Shown here: positions 1 to 9,129 of the stretch, piece by piece
How positions within the stretch are numbered: the stretch's first letter is position 1
How the letters are laid out: every line of letters starts with the position of its first letter
DNA from: Catajapyx aquilonaris
Lineage: Eukaryota
DNA: 35,959 nt
Direction of reading: 5' to 3'
Assembly (NCBI GenBank): GCA_000934665.2
Contig: JYFJ02003968.1
Span: 1 to 35,959 of the forward strand
Position numbers and translations under genes: made by a program
Notes under the pieces: model-generated
Database searches by the model: none
Told to the model about the DNA's origin: nothing
Seen by the model: the letters and a program-made list of their open reading frames with translations, nothing else

Positions 1-12
1 CTGACTAACTGT

Positions 13-43
<31 letters not shown>
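13..43. repeat. (AAC)n microsatellite
   Basis: About 10 tandem AAC units read directly. Confidence 0.95.
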
Positions 44-44
<1 letters not shown>

Positions 45-211
45 AAGTATTGTTGCATATTGTTCAGAGATTAATTTTAAAAACTGTTACTGTACAGTAG
101 CCTACTGTACCAGTACTTTAATATTTAATATTCAGGGCAGCAATCAAATTATTCGTCATTGAAATGCTCTAAAATGCCCAGCAAGGAGGCCTGTCATGGG
201 GTATACATTCA

Positions 212-280
<69 letters not shown>

Positions 281-313
281 GTTGTTGTTGTTGTCGTCGT
301 CATCGTTGTTGTT
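212..313. repeat. Compound microsatellite (TCA)n followed by (GTT)n/(GTC)n
   Basis: Long run of tca units to about 280, then gtt/gtc units. This explains the poly-Ser ORF 159..365. Confidence 0.95.
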
Positions 314-648
314 ACATATGAACATTAGGGTGGATCGCGCTTGTATGGAGAAAAAATGTTATTAATCAAAACCTACCTATGCAGAAAAGATGTTCTACGG
401 TATAGAGATTCAGAGAAAAACTTTAAAAACTATATTTTTAAGGTTTAACACTGCGTCAAGGGTTTGAATTTTCGGGAAAAAATTGAAAAATCTTTTGGTT
501 AGATTATTTTAGACTCCAAATAATGGTTTTTCTGCAAAATAAATACCTAAAATGGTGATTACTGAATGAGGAGTACATAGCAACATTATTTTCATGACCC
601 ACCTCCCCTCCCCACAGCACACTCTATAATCAGTCTGTCAACTCCTTA

Positions 649-839
649 GAGCTGTAATATTACTACAGGCATACTACTAAGAGGCAATCCCAGCTTTCTT
701 CCATCTCCCGCCCCTCCATGACGTCAAATCGGTATTCCACGTTTAGATGATCTACGTCATGGAATCTTACCCACGTGGCAGGGGGGTAAGGGGTGGGGCT
801 AAGGGTGAGGGGAAGATGTATGTAATAGTATTACTGCTC
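649..839. mobile_element. MITE, probably PIF/Harbinger type
   Basis: Left end gagctgtaatattactaca matches the reverse complement of the right end (gagcagtaatactattaca) at 16/19. TTA flanks both sides (646-648, 840-842), which is the Harbinger TWA target duplication. Confidence 0.6.
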
Positions 840-1046
840 TTACGTAAACCCGATCAGTTCACTGCCAGATGCCGACGGAATAGTACGCATGAGCGCTGTT
901 CATGCTAAGAAAAGTAAATTACGATTATATTGCGTGAAATGTGTTTGTTTGTGTACTTGGACTAGTAGAGCCATGTTAAGAAAAGATATGATTTGCCCTA
1001 TATTCCCAATGTGTTGACCAGCATTGCAGTGGAAAAGGTAACCTAC

Positions 1047-2005
1047 CTCTATTCCAGAGTTGCTGAGGCTTTTGGTGGGTACTTAAAGCCAAGGCAGTAA
1101 TATACTGCCATCAGGCATTCCAGTCCTTCCAGGAAACACCCAACCCTTTACACAATCGGTTTTCCATGGATGGCTATGGTGAATTCTTGGCTCAGGTACA
1201 TGTCGGTCCCTGGAATATGTTATAACCCAATATTAGTATTTTTCAGGGTTCAATAACTAACTAACGTTTACCTGAGCCAATGAGGTGAGGGTGACTCTTG
1301 CCCACCTCTGTGATTGTCTCTGCTGTGATTGGCCCCTGGCATATTGTGAAATGAAATAGTTACATTAATACACATTCAAACAAATCAAACCGAAATATGA
1401 TCACTTCTCCCACCTTGTCCCCCAGACAGGAATTGTCGAAAGACCTGGGGTATTTCCTGCTCATTTTTTTTTGCCACTTCCACTATGTACTTCCTGCCAG
1501 GGCGTTTCTTAATTTTTGCCCTCATGTCATCCGCAACGACCCTCACCACCTCCCGTTGTTCCTTGACCGGCAATTTCTGCTGGGCCTCCAGTTTCTCCAT
1601 ATGTTCTCCGGGTATTTGCCCCAGGGCACTTGGTAGTCCCCTGAGGGCTCAGGCTGCTGGCAGAGGGGCTCAGATTTTTCCACACCTAAACAAAAGAGTA
1701 AAGGTGCATAAAATTTTGCATGCAATATAATGGACCTGCAAAATTAAAAGAAAGGCCAAAATCGCGGGGTGAGAATTACAAGGTTGTAACTGCAATGAAA
1801 AGTCAATGCAGTTACAACCTTGTAATTCGCACCCCGCGCAATGCCAAAGTTGCTGTGAAGTTCAGAGGTTTATAGCAGAACAGCTCTCACTGTCAGGTAC
1901 ATAGCACAGGCTTACCTCCAACATATCGAATCAGTTGTCTAGCCTGAATAGGCTTCAAAACAGAAATTAGATCCTTCTCGTGGACGAGTTTGAGGGACTC
2001 TAAAG
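1047..2005 (-). pseudogene. Decayed SAMD3-like gene (family often associated with animal CACTA/EnSpm-type elements)
   Basis: Exon remnants with phase-compatible splice sites: about 2003-1916 LESLKLVHEKDLISVLKPIQARQLIRY (SAM-like); 1685-about 1390 YQVPWGKYP / EKLEAQQKLPVKEQREVVRVVADDMR..PGRK..VAKK / YPRSF with two frameshifts; about 1340-1272 ITAETITEVGKSHPHLIGSG; 1209-1047 FTIAIHGKPIV*RVGCFLEGLECLMAVYYCLGFKYPPKASATLE*. The middle of the protein is missing. Family call is from motif recall. Confidence 0.65.
1763..1838. repeat. Inverted repeat, 32-bp arms, 1 mismatch, 12-nt spacer
   Basis: cgcggggtgagaattacaaggttgtaactgca ... tgcagttacaaccttgtaattcgcaccccgcg; lies in an intron of the SAMD3-like remnant. 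Confidence 0.9.
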
Positions 2006-2193
2006 GCCGGTATCCACGTACAAGTTTTCTCGCATACGAGGAGCCAACTGTGCATGCCCGGATCCGAGAAACGAGAAAAAGTTGAAAATTTTCAACTTTC
2101 ATCCCCTTTTCGAGGGACAAGAGGGGCCCTGAGGCGACAAAGAGTCCGTCCCGACCTACAAGATTTCTCGCGTAAGAGGACTCGCATACGAGG

Positions 2194-2251
2194 AACTCAA
2201 ATTTTGGGAGATATGACACTTATCTCTGTCGTATCTCCCAAAATTTGAGTT
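2194..2251. repeat. Inverted repeat, 25-bp arms, 1 mismatch, 8-nt spacer
   Basis: aactcaaattttgggagatatgaca ... tgtcgtatctcccaaaatttgagtt. Confidence 0.9.
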
Positions 2252-2252
2252 T

Positions 2253-2785
2253 TCTCAAAAGCTGTACGTGATAGAGCCATTATGACTTCAGATCTGGATT
2301 CAACACACCTTAATCTATATAGTACACCTGCTTTTATCCAAAAGATGATTTTGCTGCAGAACATGGTGAGGTCACAATATACATTCTTGGGCATGTGACT
2401 GATCAAGTGACCAATGAAATGGTATAAAAATTTATTTTCTAGAGGAAAACTAATTCCATAGGCGCATTTTCATGGTGTTTTCCTTTCTTTCGATATATAT
2501 GTTCATTGGGTTTGACCACTTCCACTAACCTAAAAAAATTATCCAAAAAAGGCCTCATTTTCGGCCATTTCCAGATGTTTGCGATTTTCTCCCTCATCAT
2601 AGTATTGAGCAATATGGCTGATTTTTTATAGGCAGCATTCAGAAATAGTTGAGTACATCTGGGATTATTTTCACCAAGATCCGAGGCGGTCTAACAACAT
2701 TTAGGCCCACTTGATTCGGAAAGACCCCTAGTAAACCGTCCAAAGTTTTAAAACTATATATCTCAAAAACTGTACGTGATAGAGC
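2253..2785. repeat. Dispersed 25-bp direct repeat pair, probably non-autonomous DNA transposon debris
   Basis: tctcaaaa(g/a)ctgtacgtgatagagc at 2253-2277 and 2761-2785 (24/25). Repeated ctcgcatacgagga motifs lie nearby at about 2029-2194. Confidence 0.45.
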
Positions 2786-3040
2786 AAATCTGTTGCCGGA
2801 TTCATCACCCCAAAATCCATAAAAAGCACATAAAAGTTTTCAAAAGAGCGAAAGTGAGTGATTTTTAAAGTAATTACGCAGACTGTATTAGGCGTTCACT
2901 TCAAACTAATATGTCGTAATGACGTAATGGATCAGTTTTTTACGTACAATTGACTGTGCATGAAAATTTGTCCAAAAGTTTGGGGACAGGAAGAAGGATG
3001 CAGTTTGGGAGGGTGTCCCTAAACTTTCTGGCAGAACTGG

Positions 3041-3316
3041 TAAGCACCTGTGACTTTGACATGATTTCGAAAATGAAGGAACCGCTTATAGGCATTCGTT
3101 TCAAGACTACCGCAGACCCATTTGTCGTGCTATACGAAACCAACCAAACCGAGGCTGCCAGCGGCATCCTTGTACGTCCACATCGCTGGCAATGGGTGTT
3201 ACCTGGTGTTACACAATGCTGATGACCTCATCGAAGAACTCTGAAAGTTTCAACCTGCCATGTACTTCCAGTCACAAGTAATTAAATAGTTGCCTCTATT
3301 TTATTTACAGCCCTCG
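3041..3316 (+). mobile_element. Mariner transposon 3' fragment: transposase C-terminus plus right TIR
   Basis: STCDFDMISKMKEPLIGIRFKT...AASGILVRPHRWQWVL resembles the mariner SPDLSPCDF...KEPLRGIRF...LPHRWQ region. Removing a 10-nt duplication (ggtgttacct) gives HNADDLIEEL*, compare HNAGDYIEGL*. It ends in cagccctcg|ta, the reverse complement of the mariner-type terminus TA|CGAGGGCTG. Confidence 0.8.
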
Positions 3317-3598
3317 TATATAGTTTTCCCTTGACGCAGCAGAAGAGTGTTGCCCGGGTCGTGGACCCTGCCTCATCTGCCCCTCCCGTCCTCCCTTCCC
3401 CCCCATCATCCCAAATGAACACCGTTTCACCTGAGTCACCAGACAACGCAGCCCTTCTCCCACCCCCGCCCACCTCCCGAGACCTGGACCTTGCGGCCCA
3501 GGGACCCAAGTAGCCACTATTATTTCCATCATCCACAATGGGGGACTAGGAATCTAGGTATGTAATAGTATTCTGTTATCTATGGTCTCAACACTTAC

Positions 3599-4317
3599 CA
3601 TCTTTTACGAAAAGCTCCCTTACTGCCTCATAAATCCATAGCTGGCTGATCATATCTTCCTCGGTAATCGTCTCTTCCACTGTCGCCACTGCCGAGAGGG
3701 TGATCTGAACATGCCATCTTCCTTTTTTGGTCTCACAATGGGTCGAAGGCACAGTCCCTAGAATATTAAGTAATCAGTATGCGATGTGAACATGGGCAGC
3801 TTCCGCTATTGATGGATGAATCAAAATGTAATCTGAACCTGCATTTAAATACTTGAGTGATTCCGTACGGAACGTATAACGTTGGATGGACCGCAAACAA
3901 GCACGCTTGCCGTTATTATATGCATTCTGCCTCATAGCACAAGGCCTTCAGATTTAGATTTAATTTTCAGATAATAAACTCAGGCCGTGACACATACTTA
4001 CCGGCACAAATATAGTGTATCGAGACTGTGATCCATCCATCAGATGATGCGGAATGTTGCTGGGCCCCATCATACGCCTGGCAGAATGCCGCACTGCACT
4101 GCACCTGCCTATTACGTACAATTACAGTTTGAAAATTACTCATCAATTCAGTCTAATTACCTTAACTTGTTAATGGAACATGGCTTACCTTTCCCCCCCA
4201 CCCTTTTCTGACTTGTCCTATTGCATGGCTATGTGTTTGACGTGTAAGCTCATTTCGGTCTGGCAGTGTGGTGACTTGTTGGTGACACTTTGTGCAAAGT
4301 TTTAAGGCAAGTCGGAC
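3599..4317 (-). other. Three candidate orphan exons of an unidentified spliced unit
   Basis: Donors AAG|GTAAGC (exon ends 4189), CCG|GTAAGT (4002) and ATG|GTAAGT (3599). Segments 4317-4189, 4104-4002 and 3757-3599 join in one open frame of about 130 codons. No start codon or recognisable family. Confidence 0.35.
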
Positions 4318-4384
4318 TCACAGTTAATGGGAAGGACGGAAGGAAACAAGAATCTTCGTTGGAAGAACAGAACGTGCCGGGAAC

Positions 4385-4409
4385 AAACAACAACAACAAC
4401 AACAACAAC
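4385..4409. repeat. (AAC)n microsatellite
   Basis: Tandem aac units; explains the poly-Thr/poly-Val in ORFs 4327..4686 and 4302..4676. Confidence 0.9.
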
Positions 4410-5193
4410 ATGGCGGAATGATACTATCGACAAAACATCGTTGTTTATTCCATTCATTAGCATGTCAAATGTTGTTTTATTAGTGTCAAAAAATGTAGCA
4501 AATAATAAGTATGAATTATCAGTGACATGTAATAAAATTATTACTGTAAAAGTGGCACGATGTATCGATTTTTTGGCAGCGGAACTCATATCGATATTGG
4601 CGGGGATTTTAAAATCGAATAAACAAAAGAAAAGTGTCACAAATGCACAAATTGAAGATGTTGCTTTTAGAGTCACAGAAAATTAGAACCAGATTGGTTC
4701 TAACCACGAGGATTGATTAGACTTACCTTGTCGTTAACCAACAAAATTCGGGGTAAATCAGATCTTTACTATACTGAAAAAAGGGGGAACAAGTGCTGGA
4801 GGGAAAGTCTAAAATAGATTTTGAATATAAATTACGTGTTTAATTGCCTGAACACAATAGATTAGTAATTACATCCATGTGAAAGCAACACAATATTACA
4901 AAATCATGATATATTGCAATTGACATACTATATTACATAAAATATAAAATACATGGTGTGTACAAATCGCTGGACACTGTCCTTGTTAAACTTGGATTCC
5001 GAATACAAAACATCACATGTAATTACAATAATCTTTTTCCTGCAGTCCCAGTAATTAACGACTGGTTGACCAAACAATTGACAATCTCATTACAGAGCAT
5101 TTACACAAAAAAAATGCCTTAAAAAGTTCGCTATACAGTCGTTGCAATGCAGCAAATGGTCCATACACATACAAATTTGTGTGTAATCCACTT

Positions 5194-6731
5194 CTATGAT
5201 GCAGGATGAGCGATGAAAGGCAGCTTCAGGGCATCTTCTGGCAGCACGCGTTTCTCCTGCGGAAAGTAAAAGACCAGTCAGATAACATGCTCGTTTAGCA
5301 AGAATGACTGCTATACCCGGTTAAGAGTATAGGCCTAGCTACTTACAGGGTTCATTTGACAGCAGCTCCAGAGGAATTCAGCAAAACTGGCATCCTTGAT
5401 GTCACGAGGGTCGCGGATTGAACATTCCCTCTGCATCGCCCTCGCTTCACGTCCAGTGGTGCTCTTCTCCTGAAAACATACAAAAAGTCATTTTAATAGT
5501 CGATTCCATGCTATAGGCCTATAATGTGCCAGCAGATGATTTTGTAAAGTAATGCATTTACCTTCAGGCTGTACCGCTTCTTCTGGGTGTCAAAGTCATA
5601 GTACTGGTCGGCAAAGAGTGCCCCCTGCAGCATCTCGTCTGGCACTTGACCGAAGAGGTTGACCATCAGGTGCATGGCCAGCATGTCTTCCAAGGGGTCG
5701 GAGGGGGCACTTCAACCCAAAGTACATGGTGGCACACATGGCGCCCAGGGCATACACGTCGCTGGCCATCGTCACATCCGAGCCTGTAAAAAAAAGAGAG
5801 GAAAAATCATCAGTACTGTGCACTCTAATAAACACGAATGACGAATGGGGAGAAAATAAAGGGGTACTTACCGAGGTATATTTCTGGTGCACGATTAGGG
5901 AAGCTCTGAAGCATGTTGTTGCCCCTGTAGGCTGTTGAATGCTCCTTGAGCAGAGCCAGCCCAAAGTCGGTCAGCTTCACAGTCCAGTCCCTATAGGATT
6001 GATCAGGATGTTGCTCAGTTTGATGTCCGCGTGGATCACTCCCTTTGCCTGCAGAATATAAAAATTGGAATTAATGGTCAGAAAATCATCAGAATTCACA
6101 CCCCTGCACGCCCATTACTCACCTTGAGCCATCCGAGAGCAGTGAGAAGCTGCCTGGCCACGGTGGACACCTGGAGGGCCGTGAGCCTCATCTGGGGCTG
6201 CTTCTTGAGATGGAGCCACAGGTCGGTGGGCATCAGCTCCATCACCATGCAGGGGAGACCTTGATGCTCGAAGTGGTCCAGCATCTTCACGATATGGTGG
6301 TCATCCTCCACCTCTTCCTCCTTCGCCCTCTTTCTTGCTGATAGTCCAATGAATGAAGCCAACTTCTTGGTGAAGGTGATGGTGACCTTTTTCTGCAGTT
6401 CCTTCATGGCGCTGACCTCCCTGAGCCATCCGCTTTTGCAACTCTGCACCTTGAGGGCAGCCACCGCCTGCTGACCATACTGTCCAGCCTTGTCCGCCCT
6501 GCTGCACTTGTACACTTCTCCGTACCCTCCTTTGCCCAGCCGATCTCCCACGACGTATATGGCACCCCGTGAAGTATGGATCTCTTCGCGGTACGGCAAC
6601 ATCCTTCCCTTCTGCAGAAAAAGGAACAAGAAATCGGAAATTAATTAATTAATAATAAGAAAAATGAACTGCACGGAATGGACAGCACTGTATACTACAT
6701 GAGAGTATAAACTAACCTTTGCAGAAGCCAT
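5194..6731 (-). pseudogene. K1: HIPK/DYRK-like kinase pseudogene, close paralog of K7
   Basis: Exons 6731-6717 (MASAK), 6611-6123, 6048-5872, 5783-5562, 5469-5347, 5256-5194, all GT-AG. Motifs GKGGYG, AALK, HADIKLSN, DFG, QSFPNRAPE. Relative to K7 it has a 2-nt insertion at 5993-5994 (TGA at 5979-5977, before DFG) and an 11-nt deletion at about 5703-5708. Confidence 0.88.
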
Positions 6732-6933
6732 CTTCCAAATAATGAAGCTACTCTTGAAGATAAACAATAAACACTGCAAGTCTGAACCAGCACTCGGCAA
6801 CACAACCAGAGGGGAAGACAACTGCAAGGCTAGTGGGCAGTTGTCCACTTTCTTTTTCCCGCTCTAATGTATTTTTGCACTCAGAAATAGCAGGAGTGGA
6901 GGGGAAGGGGGAACTAGGGGGCGGGGCAGTTCC

Positions 6934-6969
6934 TAAAGTGGATATTTTGGAGGTGGCCTTGAAGGACAC
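6934..6969 (-). promoter_or_regulatory. Conserved proximal element of K1 containing TCAAGGCCA (NR5A-type site), next to a GC box
   Basis: 34/36 identical to 32297-32332 upstream of K7 within more diverged flanks. TCAAGGCCA at 6962-6954; ggggcgggg at about 6918-6926. Confidence 0.55.
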
Positions 6970-7208
6970 TCACTAAAAGCTGGGGGACAATAATCATATT
7001 TTCCGGAGTTTTGGGGCTTTTAGGAGGGTCGGAGAAACAAAGGATTGACACGTTGGAAGGCCATAAATGGACAATGATGGAATTATTTCCAGATATCCTA
7101 TGTCTTTGGATTCTGTTTGGATCAGTAAATATATTTTTTTCCTATATAGGCTCAAATAGATGCAATTGCATCTATTTTAGCCTATATATAGGAAAAAAAT
7201 AAATTAAA

Positions 7209-7250
7209 GTCGCCCTTTGCCTGACGATTAATCGTCAGGCAAAGGGCGAC
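7209..7250. repeat. Perfect 42-bp palindrome with no spacer
   Basis: gtcgccctttgcctgacgatt|aatcgtcaggcaaagggcgac. Confidence 0.95.
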
Positions 7251-7410
7251 GAGGATTCTTTATATATGCTTTATACAAATTAGAAGTGCTCGAGACGCTG
7301 TGAAATATTGCACTTAATGGAATATTACACGATGAATAAGTCAATTTGAATCAAATTGTTACTCTGACCAATCTCCAAATCTAGGCTTCAAGTGAGTGTA
7401 TTGTAATTAA

Positions 7411-7674
7411 CCCTGAAACCGTGCCGTGGGGTCTTTTCGGATCCGAAAGGAATTAAAATGCATTAAAATTACTATTACAATGAACTGTTTGCCAGCATTG
7501 AAAAAAGTATATATAACAAGAAGTGCTGGTTTATTTTGAATTAACGATCATTTTAGGCATTGTTCAAAGAATGATTGTATATAGTCAATATACATTGAAA
7601 GGTATTATATAAAAATTAATAAAAATTAAAATATGGTGTGGGGTCCTAAAAGACCCCACGTCAAGGCTCCATGA
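7411..7674. mobile_element. Degenerate MITE, piggyBac-like
   Basis: TTAA|CCCT left end. About 34-bp imperfect TIRs (ccctgaaaccgtgccgtggggtcttttcggatcc versus gggtcctaaaagaccccacgtcaaggctccatga). The right TTAA is not preserved. Confidence 0.45.
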
Positions 7675-7842
7675 ATTTTGTTCCCCTCTGAGGCAGAAAC
7701 CGCAAATCAAATTATTGATCAATTTAGCTGACTCACTCTGCGTTGACAGTGCTGGCTCCATAAAAATTGGCACCAATATTGATATTTATAATTGAGAAGA
7801 GAAATCAGTAGAAATTATTCCTGAGCATGAATTTCATCCGGA

Positions 7843-7882
7843 ATGAGTGTCCATAGTGTCGGGCCCGAGCTGTGACGTCACT
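7843..7882 (-). promoter_or_regulatory. Conserved distal element of K1 with a perfect CRE (TGACGTCA, 7873-7880)
   Basis: The minus strand reads gtgacgtcacagctcgggcccgacactatggacactca, homologous to gtgacgtcatctctcgggacccgacactatggcgcactca upstream of K7. Confidence 0.55.
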
Positions 7883-8019
7883 CCTCCTTTTCTTCCCATT
7901 TGCAAAATCAATTTCCCATTTATTTGGCTTTTTATTTGCAATATTGGTGTATTTACACTAACCATAACGGTGAGTAACTGGTGGAGGTATACAATCAATA
8001 ATATTTCCGCCCATTCTCT

Positions 8020-8341
8020 ATACTTTGTGTTCCATCCCCCCGACCATTGGACGAACTCAAGAGGGCTTCCATTAGCGTCTCCTCTTCCAGCCCATGAGAG
8101 GTACGCTCTTCCACCCGTGATGGCAACTGCGACTGCGCTCATCCATTATCTCCACATCGGGGGGGCCAAGTGGAAACGATGGAGTCCACTAAGGCCCCTC
8201 CCCTCCTGGGACTCTCTGTACTCAACACAGAAACCATTTCCCGAGTGGAATCTCCTGCATCAGATCCGGGAATTGAACTCAGGACCTCAGTGATTCCAAA
8301 AGGCTATGGAGATAACCACTATATACATCACAGTGCTGCCC
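8020..8341 (-). mobile_element. tRNA-derived SINE-like element
   Basis: The minus strand begins ggcagcactgtgatgtatatagtggtta (A-box-like) and continues to ggtcctgagttcaattcccgg (B-box-like), followed by a GC-rich body. The 3' boundary is approximate. Confidence 0.55.
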
Positions 8342-9129
8342 TAAGCAGACCATATTATTAAAATAAAACAGCCGGCATGGATTCAACAGTGTGCATTTAA
8401 TGTGAAATTCAAGTATCAATAGAAGTGTACAAAAAGAATAAGATTTAAACAACATTACTGCATCGACACATCAGAATAACAACAAATACAGTATGTTTCA
8501 TAGGCAGCCAGAGCAATATAGCTTTGTTTACAATAATTATTACCAACCTATTAACAAAAGGGTTGACATTCAGTAGGCTACCATGAAACATGTAATCATC
8601 ATCTTATCAATATTAAACGTGCATATTTTTTGTGCGCCAATAATTCTGATTATCAACATTCTTGTCATATAAAATCCAACCAATTGTACAAGAGTATAAG
8701 CTAAGTAAAATTCATTCCCTCACGTATTAATCAGGCATGTTCACATAAGGTCCATTGTTCAAAATATTTCAATCATATTGTTATAACATTTAATTACAAT
8801 AGTAAAACATTCTCTTCAGGAAATATGATATATCAGTCCAAAAATTGTTATGCCACATAATTTAACTTGGTGTCAAGTTTTAGAGTATTAAAAAAAATAA
8901 TTAAGGGAATGTGCATGGAATCCACTTTGTAGCACCTGTCAATGCCTACAATCGGCGAGTGGCAATTGCACATTTTCTTTTTGCAATCACATTTCATAAT
9001 GTAGCACCTTTTGCGTATATGCTAATGTCAGTAACATTAAAAACGAGAGTCACAATCACCGGACTTCAGCAGACTAGTGCTTTGCCATCAGTAATGTTCA
9101 AACAGTTCGTGCTGCGCATGCACACCTGA

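Noticed and set aside
159..365. 68-aa poly-Ser ORF
   Set aside because: Translation of a (TCA)n microsatellite.
719..726. Additional TGACGTCA sites at 719 and 28440
   Set aside because: One is inside a MITE and the other is 3' of K6; neither has paralogous conservation to support function.
4302..4686. Overlapping 124-aa and 119-aa ORFs on opposite strands
   Set aside because: They span an (AAC)n repeat and AT-rich K1 flank, with no recognisable motifs.
7834..8361. ORFs of 102, 148 and 63 aa
   Set aside because: They overlap a SINE-like element and the CRE block, with no coding signature.
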